From Chiloscyllium plagiosum (lineage: Eukaryota): DNA of 64,000 bases. The DNA is taken from contig NC_057751.1 in the NCBI RefSeq assembly GCF_004010195.1, positions 13,213,659 through 13,277,658 on the forward strand, read 5' to 3'. The notes beneath the pieces were generated by a model. That model saw nothing but the letters and a program-made list of their open reading frames with translations. It did not search any database and was not told the DNA's origin. Positions 12,501 to 24,809 of the stretch are shown here, in pieces (the first letter of the stretch is position 1; every line of letters starts with the position of its first letter). Made by a program: the position numbers and the translations under genes.

Positions 12501-15500
12501 TCTTCCTCAGTTCAGAGCAGAGTTGCTAAAATGAGCACTGTATGGAAAAGGATTAAGTTACCTGCAGGGTGGTAAATGCCTGGAGGATAATTGGCTATAT
12601 TAGTCCTGCTCTGTCAAAGCACTCATCTTTCACACAGTCTTGTGAAACATAGCAACATTTTGCGATAAAAGTGATGAAATGAGGGCAAAAAGCTAATAAT
12701 TTGGTCATTCTATTTTATATGGTGGAATCAATCCAACCTTGAATGGAATAATATAATTAATGATGCAAACAATGAATGTGTTTCAAAATAAGCTTTCATT
12801 AATGGTCTTATAACACCATTATTGCCTGAAAAGCTTTAGGAATTACTTTCCGAACATGGCAAATGTTAGTATAATCCTCATAAGATTAACGTGTTCAGAA
12901 ACCTGTTCAGAAAACACATTCAGTTGTTGAACAAATTTAAGATCTGAGGTAATTTAAGAATGGTGTCTGTGACATGTGAACTATAATATAATTTAGACCA
13001 ATATTTCTATTGATGGTAGAATCCAAACTATGAATCTTCAGTATATCATGTAAATATTTGATTAAATAGTCAGATTGGGGAATATGATGTCCAGCTAATA
13101 ATATGCATTTGAATATTGTTTATCCAATATTGGAATGACTTTAAACTTTGTATTGGGATAGAAATAAGGCTTAAATTTTGTTCATCAGTTGGCTTGTTGA
13201 CTTTGGACATTAGACGCAAAATAATCAAGGAAGGCACATGAATCCATTTGAATCAAACCCCACCAAAATTGAAATATTTATAGTTCTTTCTGTGGAGGAT
13301 AGAGGGCAATATGCCTGAGGAACAGTAGATCTTTATTACATTTCCTTTTATACTTGAAATTAAGATTGAATTAACTTGCATTGTGATGTACACAATTGAT
13401 TTTTTTTTAAAATTGCTGTACTTTCTGATGTATGTCAAACATTACATTGGATGTACATTTGTATACTGTCGATGGAATAGAGAAAGAAAAGTGCCATTTT
13501 TAAACTGTACAGCCAATTCCTCAAAACTGAACAAAAGCTCAGCGGAGGAAATTTGGTCAAAAATATTAAGTTTTTATACAAAAATCAGTAGATCTATTTT
13601 CATGCAAGTAATTCAATACCCCACTTTAGAAACTCATATTAAATAAAACATGCATTTTAAAATGTGAAACTGGATAAATACCGACTGATTGCAAGGTGAA
13701 ACAAGTGTTAAGTATAGTAAGCCTGGATCATAAAACACTCCTTATTTCTACATCTGCTTTAGAAATACTGTAGGTTGGATTGATAACTGTGTAAATTAAG
13801 CAGTTACAAATTGTGATTTATGCATCAAATTTGACATCACTATGCTTGCTTCAATGTGGCAAAATAACTGGTACTTTAAATGAGCTATTTAAATAATGGT
13901 TTCTAATCAAAATAAGTATTTCAGCAATCCCAAAAATTAACTCGAGTTACTTTTTTGGTTTTAATCAGTGTCAAAACATGAGTAGTTTCAAGAACCAATT
14001 TACTAACTGATTATTTATTATTAATGTCTAAACATGGTTTTGGAAGATTAGGGGAAAAATGTAGGAAGGTGGAGAAATATTTTGCTAAAAATTCTGCAGC
14101 TATTTACAGTAGTTCTCCCAATAATTATCTGTTAAATAAACTACTTCAAGTTGTCATTTTAAAATCAATGTGAAAGTGCTTTAAAATGTTTTTAATATAT
14201 TTACAGTTTAAAATTGGAGGATATAGGATGCAGGTGAAATACACAACCTGCTGTTCTTTTTATACCAATGTGTAAAAATGAGGAAAACAACAAAAATCAA
14301 CTCAACTGTCATGCGAATCCCAGCAATCTGAATAGGCACCTGAATGCAGTTCTAATAACAACAAAATAGTGACAGGCATACCTTTTAGACTGGCGGTACA
14401 TTGTCATCATAGTAAACCCTATATTTAGTAATTGAGTGAAGCAGAATATGTATCTTTAGTACATTTGAAGCTCTAAAAATTTTAGTTTGCTTGACAGAAG
14501 ACACAAATTTGGTAATCAATGGTACAGTTCTGTTGTTGCATCTATGATTTAGTCTAAATTTACAATATTCTCAAATAGTTTTATTTTAATTGCAGTTGCA
14601 ATAAAAGAAAACAATTTTGTTAATGTGGTTACCTAATCAATCTTTGTTTGCACTGGTACAGCTGAGACAGAAAAACGGCTGCTCACAAATTGAGATAACG
14701 AAAGTACAGGTTCTACTGCAATTACAAGTTAGATGATTTGTGAAACACAACTGGATGATCAATCATAAAATGACGTCAGGATTATCAATTAAGCTTGCCT
14801 TAATTAGTACATTAGATGTACTGTAAATTTCTTTTTTCAATGAAATGAGATGTTATGAAAATTGTAAAAACAATGAGCTGGAGGAGCACCATGATAGTAA
14901 TTGCCATATAGTCTACCTCTGAACGGCACAATGGGAATTTTTTTTACATATAAGTGCATGTGTTTGATGCTTCAATTGAAACATCAGGCTAATAAGGTTT
15001 AGAGCACCAACAAGCCAGGCCAGCGAAATACATTTACAAATTTAAGTTGCTGGGCTAAGGGTTGTGTCGATGATTTTTATTGTTGTGACTAAAAAATGAA
15101 CTCTGTGCTGTAAACTTATTCTTTTTAAAAGCACCAATTTCTTTTAGTTTTGCTTCAGATGATGCCCTACACATATAATTCAACAGGTCAAGATGTTATT
15201 ATCTGTCAGAATTAACCTGGCCCTGAAGTAGTAGCTGCTTCTCTAACAAATGATTATTTTTTGAACAACATAGACAACAAAAGGTGTACAATAAATACTA
15301 TTCTTCTAATTTGACATAGAAAGTTTTCTTTTTACCCCTCAGTATGATGGGCAATTATAAGTTCAAAAACATGTAGATATATAAATTAGATTACTAAAAC
15401 TGGAAATTTTCAATTGTAATTAAAATTCTTTGCTCAGAGTGCAGCTTTCGAGATGATTTGCACTTGAGTGGAATTTCCCCTCTACAGTATATTCATCAGA

Positions 15501-15571
15501 GGAAAGCACCGCAACCAGCAACAGAAACAGCTGCTGTAGTGAGGTAAAATGGCCGCAAGGTTGTACATATC

Positions 15572-17412
15572 TCAAATCCAGCGGTTGTAGGGTCCTGTTA
15601 CCTGGGTATAGGCATATGAAGACACAGTGATAACAGTGTTTGTTGTGATGGTCATAGCCTGACGTGTGGGAAAGTAGTCTTTTTTGTCATGTTCAATATC
15701 TGCAGTTGGTGCACTGCCCCACTTGCGTTTTTTCCCAAGAAGCTTGGTGTTTACCAGTGGCAAACCTAATCTTGCTGCTTCTTCCTGTCTTTGTTTTGCT
15801 CTTTCTGCAAGAATTTTCATCTTTGCTTCCCAGAGAGCTAAGCCGTGGTTTGGCTGATTTAAGTTCTTATGCTGGTAGAACACAAGCGATATCCGTGTGG
15901 GGTGACACCGGTTTGGTTTTTTTAATGGAGTCGTGGCATGAAGCTCTCTTCTGGCACATTCAATTAAAATAGAACCATGAGCTGGTGCCACAGCAACTCC
16001 ACCAATGTTCCCATCCAAAAAATTATGTTCACTGTCAGACCAAACTTCCTCTTCTTCCTCTTTAACATTCTCAGGAGGCAAATCTTCCATGCTTTCATTC
16101 ATGCAGTAAGGATCCCACAGTTGTTCCTGTAGGTCTGCACTCTGTAATACTGACTTATTTTCATTTACTTTGTAAAGATCCCACTGCTTGCCTTCCAAAT
16201 TTGTGCTGGGTAACATCGTTCCATTTTCACCCCATACTTTCTCATGCGGGTTTATGCTGGATACGGAGGGCTTACTGTTACTTATTTTATACAAATCCCA
16301 TGGTTTATCTTGTAGACTAGGTCCTGATATAATTGACAAGTTGTTCTGTATTTTCACAGGTTCCCATAATTTGTCTTTAAGATTCACATTAGATGAGATT
16401 GAGGGTGGTGATCTGGTTTCACCTGTTTTGAATGAATCCCACATTGTTTCCTGGAGATTTGCACTTTGCACTGGTGGTGCACTTCTGCTATCTGTAAGCA
16501 AATTCCAAGGCTTTTCTTGCATATTTGTTGCAGGTATTCCTGTTGCATTCCTATTCAATGTTGTCGAATTCCATTTTTCATGAACATTTGTGTTAATTAA
16601 GTTGGCATTATCAGTAGGATTGAATAAGCCCCATGTTTTTTCATGACCAGATGTTCCAGCTGATATTAAACTACCATTTGGTTTAAACATATCCCATGAT
16701 TTTCTTTGATGGGCTATGTTAGGTGGCATTTGTAGAGGAGAAAAGGTACTGCTTACTGCATGGACATTCATAGATATCCCACGACAGGATTGTGAATAGG
16801 AAACAGAGTCATCTGGCTCTTGCTTGATAAATCGATTGACACTGTTTGCATTTTGTGGAACTCTTTTGACTTCCTCAGGTATTTGATGTGATTGATTGGA
16901 TGTTGTAGATAACGATGTTTGAGAAACTAATCCTGATCCTCCTTGGAACATGGGTTGATGATTCTGCTTTGGTGTCATCTCCGCAGCCTGTTCGGAGCAA
17001 TCAATCCTGTTACTTCTGAGGGCAAGATTGAAATTAGCACACAGCTCCTGTACATCAGGCTTCTTCTCAAAGCTGTTTCCTGAGAAACTCCCTGGTCTTG
17101 TATCATTTCTGCCATAGTTAAGGAATGATGTGGGAAATAATTGGTCACTTGTATAACCATAATATCCATATGAGAATGAATACCTTGGATGAAAATTGTT
17201 AATGGAAGGCAGGGTTGGCCTTGCATAGTAAGAATGATAAGGATAGACATTTCCCAGACTGTAAGCGTTGGAGGGTCTACAGCTACCAAGCACTGTGTAA
17301 CTCTCAACAACTGAATTTCCACTGTGTTTGTAGGAATTGTAGTGATCTTGCGGTTCTATTTTGATTGAAGGTGTAATGTGATGTTGGGGTGTTGCAGTTG
17401 CCATTGTCATAT
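15572..17412 (-). CDS. tet3: TET3 last coding exon: low-complexity insert, C-terminal DSBH half, NLS and stop codon
   Basis: Acceptor ctttttcttatattccag|AT ATG joins the phase-1 G of the previous exon to give GAT. Contains [65 protein letters not shown] (distal His 15938-15940, 2-oxoglutarate-binding Arg 15893-15895), the TET3-type GKKRKW NLS (15722-15733) and the terminus VTGPYNRWI*. Confidence 0.97.
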
Positions 17413-17614
17413 CTGGAATATAAGAAAAAGCAAGATGCACTAGAATCATTGGTAACTCATGCAGCCAATTTTAAATGCCAAAACTAATCTATCTCATGTA
17501 ACCACTGCAGTTATGACACAGTAGACATAATTACTTTTATTTATTATCAAAAATTTAATTTAAAATTGAAAAGAAAGCACAAAATAAGAGCATAAACAAA
17601 GTTTATCAAAAAGG

Positions 17615-18970
17615 CTTTCAACACTATTAATCCCTTCGAGACTGATTACTAAACTTAGTGATCTTGGACTAAGCCCCACTCTCTGCAACTGGATCCTCAG
17701 TTTCCTGACCCACAGGCCACAGTCAAAATTGGGGACAATATTTCATTCTCACTAACACTCAGCACTAGAGCCCCCTCCCTCCCCCGGCGTGCCCCCTACT
17801 GTACTCACTGTAAATCCATGACTGCATCACCACATACCAGACTAATGCCATTTACAAGTTCGCTGATGACACCACCATAGTTGGTTGAATCTCAGATGGC
17901 GACGAAACAGACTATAGACGGGAGGTGGAAAATGGTGCACTGAGAACAAGCTAGCTCTCAATGCTGGAAAAAGCAAGGAACTCATTATTGACTTTTGGCA
18001 GGATGACACTCATGCCCCCCTACACATTAACAGCACCGAGATGGAACAAGTGGAGAGTGTCAATCTCCTGGGACTGGTTATCCACAACAAGCTTCCTTGG
18101 ACTCTTCATGTGGATGCACTGGTTACAAAGGTCCAACAACGTCTTAGATTAGATTAGATTACATTACAGTGTGGAAATAGGCCCTTCGGCCCAACAAGTC
18201 CACACCGACCTGCCGAAGCGCAACCCACCCATACCCCTACATTTACCCCTTACCTAACACTACGGGCAATTTAGCATGGCCAATTCACCTGACCTGCACA
18301 TCTTTGGACTGTGGGAGGAAACCGGAGCACCCGGAGGAAACCCACGCAGACACGGGGAGAACGTGCAAACTCCACACAGTCAGTCGCCTGAGGCGGGAAT
18401 TGAACCCGGGTCTCTGGCGCTGTGAGGCAACAGTGCTAACCACTGTGCCACCGTCTCTTCCTCCTCAAACAGCCAAGGAAATTTGGCATGATGGCGAATA
18501 CCCTTGCCAACTTATACAGGTGTACCATCGAGTGCATTCTGTCTGGATTCAAGATTGGAGACGGCTACAGAGAGTGGTGAACTCAGCCCGGACAATCACG
18601 AAGGCCAACCTCCCATCGATAGAATCCATCTACCAGGCCCGCTTGTCAAAGAAAGGCTGCCAGCATTCTCAAAGATCCATCCCACTCTCGCAATGTTTTT
18701 CTACAACCTCTACCATCGGGGAGAAAGTGCAGAAGCCTCAACACGCACGAGCTGGTTTCGTAACAGTTTCTACACTACTGTTGTTCAAATACTGAATGGA
18801 GTCACAAACTCTTAACATTCGCCTGTACCTGTGTTTTTGTTTTTACCGCTGTTTACCTATTATTTACTTATCTATGCTACTTAACTCTGTGATCTGCCTG
18901 TATTGCTCGCAGGACAAAACTTTTCACTGTGCCTCGGTACACGTGACAATAAATTCAATTCAATTCAATT
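17615..18970 (+). mobile_element. Rex1/Babar-like LINE, 5'-truncated, interrupted by an HE1 SINE
   Basis: RT remnants [15 protein letters not shown]...HDC...NAIYKFADDTT; ends aataaa(ttcaa)n. Confidence 0.75.
18145..18454 (-). mobile_element. HE1-type V-SINE, young copy
   Basis: Same structure as 103-425; CGTCT duplicated at 18140-18144 and 18452-18456. Confidence 0.9.
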
Positions 18971-20207
18971 TCAGAACAAGGAAAGAACTTTTAACACATT
19001 GTGCTTATATCTTTTCTACTCCATCTCACACTGCCCACAATCTGGATTGTGCAGATTATTTCAAATTTTTATCACCTTGAATTGAAATTCTCTCTCCTCA
19101 GAGCTGTTTAAAATTCACTTTTGATAAGTAAGCAAATCTAAGAGTCTCAACCAAATCATTCTTTACCATCTCTACTCTAGACAATGAAAAAAAGCCTTGT
19201 TTATGTAACCTCACATCATAAGGTGACATTCCAATTAATCTGAGCTGTACTGTGTCCAAGGTCACTGTATGCTTTAAGTGCTATACTTCAAACTTGATTT
19301 CGTATTCCAGTTGCGATCTAACTAGGGCTATATATACAGTAGAAAATATCCTGTTCTTTATGGTCGATGTGGTAAATTAGAAGGGCTTACATTCTATTAG
19401 TCTTTGTGATGAGTTTTTTTAATGTATTGCGGTTTAGTAATCAGTGCGAGTGGCTCCTGCGTCTTCTTGGGCTTCCACTATTCCTAGATTTCAGCATTAA
19501 AATAATAGTATCCAGGTGCTCCTTAAACTTATTGAAAACATTCTACATGTGAAAAATTGTCTGTCTTCCATCTGACCAAGTTGGTTGACTTATTTAAAAC
19601 TGTATTTCTGATTTCATTTGAAAAGAAATGCCACTATCTGAAGTAACAATTAAGGAACTTGCTTAGTGAAAATTTGTTTTTTTAACTTTTTGCAGAAGTA
19701 GAATTATTTGATTATGTGTTTCTTATATAAATCTGAATAATATCAAAATGAAAGGCAGCATTTATGAAATTACTGCTCCATGGATATGATTGACACAATT
19801 TGTCTAGGTCATTCAATTTCTAACAATTTTTAAAAAGAATTGAAACAACTGTTGTCAAGCAAAGTATGAAGCTGTTCTATTCATGTGAATTATTTTTCCT
19901 TCTTTTTCTTGCTTGCTTGAAAGGGAACACATGAACTAGCAATAATTTCCGATGTGTAATGATTGTAAAAGATAATCAGGTAATAGATTCAGTGAGAGGT
20001 GTTATATAAATTAATGGTCCTAAAAGGTTACCAGAGGAGGCTGCAAAAGCCATCAGCCAATCTGGGAGTCTCGGGAGAATTACAGAGTCCAGATTAAGAT
20101 CGTGATCAGGTCATAAGTGCTGTCCCTTGCTCCTGATAGTCTAAGTAATTCTGTGTAACTCATCAATGTAAATTGGACCTGTTGCTATCTGAAATAAACT
20201 ACCTCTT

Positions 20208-20587
20208 CATAGAATCATCGAATCCTTACAGTGTGGAAACAGGCCATTTGGCCCAACAAGTCCACACCAACCCTCTGAAGAGTAACCCACCCAGACCCAT
20301 TTCCCTACCCTATTACTCTACATTTACTCCTGATTAATGTACCTAACCTACACATCCCTGAACACTATGGGCAATTTACCGTGACCAATTTACCTAACCT
20401 GCATACCTTTGGATTGTGTAAGGAAACTGGAGCGCCAGGAGGAAACCAACGCAGACATGAGGAGGATGTGGAAACTCCACACAGACAGTTGCCCGAGGCT
20501 GAAATTGAACCCGGGTGCCTGGCGCTGAGAGTCAGTAGTGCTAACTACTGAGTCACCGTGGTGCCGCTACTGAGCCACTGTGCTGCC
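20208..20587 (-). mobile_element. HE1-type V-SINE, older subfamily with duplicated head
   Basis: V-domain and A/B boxes are recognisable; ATTCT-type tail; CCTCTT on both flanks. Confidence 0.85.
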
Positions 20588-20754
20588 TCTTGCTATTAAA
20601 AAGAGTGCGTCCTCTTGTTAAGACTCACTACCCGTTAATCCTTTACCACTGTAAACCAAATAGTACATTAGACATAGTATGGAAAGAAGGATTCGTGGCA
20701 ACACTGTACCCCAACCATGAACTGGTCTTGGTTAGTTCCACAAACCTACAATGT

Positions 20755-22715
20755 CAGCAACATAAATTCTTAGATATAGTAGTCTACAGCAGAGAAAACG
20801 GTCCTTCAGTCCGTCAAGTCTTCACCATCAAAAATAATTACCTTGTCCAATTTTTCATCTTTAAACCTTGCATACCTTGGTATCACAAATGGACATCAAA
20901 ATACTACTTAAACGTTGAGAATTTTTTTCCTTTACCACCTTTATGGTCAGTGACTTCCAGTTTTCCACCTACTTCTGGGTGAAAATATTTTTTCTTACAA
21001 CTCCTCTTAGCCTTCTACCCCTTACTTTACATCTATGACCCCTGCCCATTGATCCCTCCACCAAGGGAAAATGTTCCTTCCTGTCAACCTTATCCATGCC
21101 CCTTGGTCATTTTACAAATTTCAACCATATTCTCCTTAGTCACCTTTGCTCCAAGGAAAACAAGCCCAGTCCATCCAACCTCTCTTCAGAACTAAAACTC
21201 TCCAGGCCAGGAAACAACCTGGTAAATCTTCTTTGCACCCTCTCCAGTGCTTTCACATCCCTCTTTTTAAATTCCAGAACTGTACACAATACTCGAGACT
21301 AAACAATGTTTTATACAGTTGTGTCCCTGCTTGTGAAATGTATGCGTTGGGTCATAAAGGCAAGTAAGCCACATGCCTTCTTTAGGGGAGGCAATGACGC
21401 AGTGGTATTATCACTGGACTATTAATCCAGAGACCCAGGTAATATTCTGGAGACCAAGGTTTGAATCCCACCACAGCAGATGGTGGAATTAAAATTCAAT
21501 AAATATCTGGAATTAAGAATCTGACAGCAACTATAAATCTATTGGCGATTGTCAGAAAGATCCATCTGGCTCAATAATGTCCTGAGGTAGGGAAACCCAC
21601 CCTTAACCTAGTCTGGCTTACATGTGACTCCAGACCCACAACAATGTGGTTGCTCCTAACGGTCCTCTGGACAATTAGGGGTGGGCAATAAGGGATGGAC
21701 AATAAGTGTTGGCCCAGCCAGTGACACCCTCATCCCATGAATGAGTAAAAAGAAACACTATTTACTTGTCCTGCTACTTTAAGGGACTTGCATGTCAAGG
21801 GCCCTCCAATCCTCAGTGCTTCCCAGGCTCCTACTGTTCATCATGTATGCCCTTGCATTATTTGTCATTCCCAAATACATCAGACTAATCTGGACTGAAT
21901 TCTATTTGCCACTGATCAACCCATTTTATCTCCTTTTCTATATCTGCCTGTAATCTCAGGCTATTTGCACGATTTACTACCCCACCAATTTTCTTTTTAA
22001 TCATCCTTCAAAATATCTTTCCTATATTTACAATTAAATTATTTATGTATTATCACAAACTGCAAAGATCCCTACACTGACCCCTGTGGAACCCCATTGG
22101 ACACAAAAAACAACTTGACCATAAACATTTGCTTCCTGCCACTCAGCCAAGTCTGGATCCATGAACCAAATTTCCTTCCAATGTGTGAGTTCCTACTTTT
22201 GCTATCATGCGGGACCTTGTCAAATGCCTTGATGAAGTCCAAGTCGACTACTTTGTATGTATTTTCCCTCACCTGGTCAGCTCTGTGAAAAATTCAATTA
22301 AGTTGATGAGACATGACCTCTCCTGAAGAAAACCATGCTGACTGTTCTTGATTATTGCCCACCTCTCCAAGTGTAGAGTAATTGCTTCCAATAGTTTTCC
22401 CATCCTTGAGGTTAGACTAACTGTCCTGTAGTTTCCTGATTTATCTTTGCTCCCTTTTTGAATAATAGTATCACATTAGCTGTCCTCCAGTTCTTTGGCA
22501 CTTCTCCTGTAGTCAGGGAAGAATTGAAAATTATTGCCAATGCCCTTGCTATTTCCGCCCTTGCCTCACTCAAAATCTTGGAACATATTTCACCTGACTC
22601 AGGAGATTTACCTACTTTTAAGCCTCCCAGACTACTCAAAAGCTCCTCTCTGTCTATGCTAACTTCTTAAAGTATGTCACAAGCCCTCTCCCTGATTTCT
22701 ATACCTACATCCTGT
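20755..22715 (-). mobile_element. CR1 LINE (RT to 3' end), interrupted by a SINE at 21385-21752
   Basis: Minus-strand ORF remnants DLDFIKAFDKVPH, WIQTWLSGRKQ, GVPQGSV and PKNWRTANVILLFKKG. Confidence 0.85.
21385..21752 (+). mobile_element. tRNA-derived SINE (family 2)
   Basis: Head ggggaggcaatgacgcagtggt, B box ggtttgaatcc, tail ggcccagccagtgacaccctcatcccatgaatgagtaaaa shared with the LINE at 26030. Confidence 0.8.
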
Positions 22716-23494
22716 AAGGCAAAAATAAAGCAACAAATGCAGGAATCATAATTGATTAATTAGTTTGATGAATAAGGACATTAGAATTATTATATTGGAC
22801 AAACTTGCTTTGATGCATTTGGTTCATTTGAGAATCTGATAATCCATGAAATGAGTATTATAGATTTGATCTATAATAGATCATTGTTGATGAGGAGTGA
22901 CAGTCGGCAGTGATTCAATTTTCTGATAAAATGAACCAAACTGAGTTTGGATAAGAGATGAATTTGGATAATGTGATGCCACAAACTGGACATAATAGTC
23001 TTTTTTTTTTAAAAGGTTCACCATAATTCCTTTACTTTTGTCCTCATTTATAAAACCCAGGATCCTATCTGTCTCAATGTCCATTCTTTTAATCAGCTCT
23101 GTCATCATCGAAGATTTATGGACAGATAAGCCCTGCTGTTGCACTTCTTTGAGAATTGCATCCTTTATTTTGCATTAATGCTCCTTTTTCTCTCTAATGT
23201 AATGTACAACTTCACATTTCCCTCCATTAAATTTCATCTGCCACATGTTTATTCATTCCACATGACCTAACTGTCTTCCTCACAGTTCAAAATGCTTCCA
23301 AGTGTGTGTCATCAGAAAATTTCAAAATCTTGCCTGAAGCACCCAAGTCAAGGCTCTGAAAAAAGATCAAGAAAAGCAGTAATCCCAGGACCAACCTATA
23401 TCGCCCTCCAGTCTGAAAACTATCATTTACACTACTTTGTTTCCTGCCACACAACCAACTTCACATCTTTGCTGCCACTGTCCCTTTTATTCCA

Positions 23495-23730
23495 CATGCA
23501 GGGTGGTTTTCACACACAGGGTGGTGGGCTTTTGGAATGCGTTGCCAGCAGAGGTGGTAGAGGCAGGCACTGTAGATTCATTTAAGATGCATCTGGACAA
23601 ATGCATGAGTAGGTGGGGAGCAGAGGGATATAGATGCTTAGGAATTGACTGACAGATTTAAGCACTTGGATCGGCTCAGGCTTGGAGGGCCAAAGGGCCT
23701 GTACCTGGGCTGTAAATTTTCTTTGTTTAT
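23495..23730 (+). mobile_element. CR1 LINE 3' end fragment
   Basis: FTHRVVGFWNALPAEVVEAGTVDSFKMHLD followed by the tail ggagggccaaagggcctgtac. Confidence 0.8.
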
Positions 23731-24112
23731 GCTTTGACTTTATTAACAAACCTGTTATGTGACACCTCATCACATTCCTTTTGGAAGCTGACGTACACCA
23801 CATAATCACAAAAAAAACTGTTAAATTAATTAAACTAATTTCCTCTCAAAAAATCCATATACTTATTCTATTTATCCAAGTGATTAATAATTCTACAGCT
23901 TATCATGCCTAAAAGCTTACCACAGAGTTAAATTGAGCCTGTTGTCTCTGGGCCTATTCAGGCAAATCAGTTGATACTAAGGCTTGGAAACCATTTGAAA
24001 ATGGGCTGGGGCTTCAGCAACATATCTAGTCTACCAATGTATTGAATCAGTCATGTTAACAGTAAATGATTGTTGAATAAAGATTGCAGGCCTTGGCAAG
24101 ATTTTAAAATTT

Positions 24113-24603
24113 CAGCAGGTCAGGCAGCATCCAAGGAGCAGGAAAATCGATGTTAGGAAGGGCTGATGAAGGGCTCCTGCCCAACCTGCTGTGCTTTTCC
24201 AGCACTAGATTAGATTAGACTACTTATAGTGTGGAAACAGGCCCTTTGGCCCAACAAGTCCACACCGACCCTCCGAACGGCAACCCATCCAGACCCATTC
24301 CCCTCTTCACCTAACACTACAGGCAATTTAACACAGCCAATTCACCTAGCCTGCACGTTTTTGGACTAGGGGAGGAAACCAGAGCATCCGGAGGAAACCC
24401 ACGCAGACACGGGGAGAATGTGCAAACTCCACACCGACAGTTGCCTGAGGTGGGAATTGAATCTGGGTCTCTGGCGCTGTGAGGCAGCAGTGCTAACCAC
24501 TGTGCCACCGTGCCGCCCCATTTTTTTTTTAGAATATGACTCTAATTTATACTACTCTAATTTTGACTCTTATCTCCAGCATCTGCAGTACCCACTTTCA
24601 CCA
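24113..24603 (+). mobile_element. PLE-derived hairpin element family A (internally deleted), split by an HE1 SINE
   Basis: cagcaggtcaggcagcatcc...ctgatgaagggctcctgcc...; 3' end ctccagcatctgcagtacccactttcacc; TSD aag(a/g)ttttaaaattt at 24098-24112 and 24604-24618. Confidence 0.8.
24206..24518 (-). mobile_element. HE1-type V-SINE
   Basis: Full head GGGCGGCACGGTGGCACAGTGG, V-domain, (AATCT)n tail. Confidence 0.9.
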
Positions 24604-24809
24604 AAGGTTTTAAAATTTGTTTGGAATAACCCCACATCTCCCTCAGTGCTTGAGTTGTATATTTTTTTGCACTTAAGAGGAACAAAAAATGATTGATCTA
24701 AGACTCAACCCTTTAATTTTGCAATTTGCAAATCCTTAACCAACACTCTGCCTTCTATTAATTAGCCAATTCTCTATTCATGCTGATACATTATCTCCTA
24801 AACCGAACA

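Larger units (their letters stand above)
6411..15571 (-). other. tet3: Putative long (~9 kb) tet3 3' UTR
   Basis: Contiguous with the stop codon, AT-rich and nearly free of recognisable repeats, unlike the introns. Contains miR-29, miR-26 and let-7 seed matches and Pumilio elements in the mRNA sense, and ends at an AATAAA with U-rich flank. The 3' end is inferred and not transcript-supported. Confidence 0.6.

Noticed and set aside
15664..16583. Plus-strand ORFs (102 aa and 131 aa) as antisense genes
   Set aside because: They are shadows of the tet3 coding exon, with no independent motifs or splice support.
17413..17449. N-terminal [12 protein letters not shown] of the 625-aa ORF as a real start
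   Set aside because: It is the intron's polypyrimidine tract and AG acceptor; the exon starts at 17412 in phase with the upstream exon.
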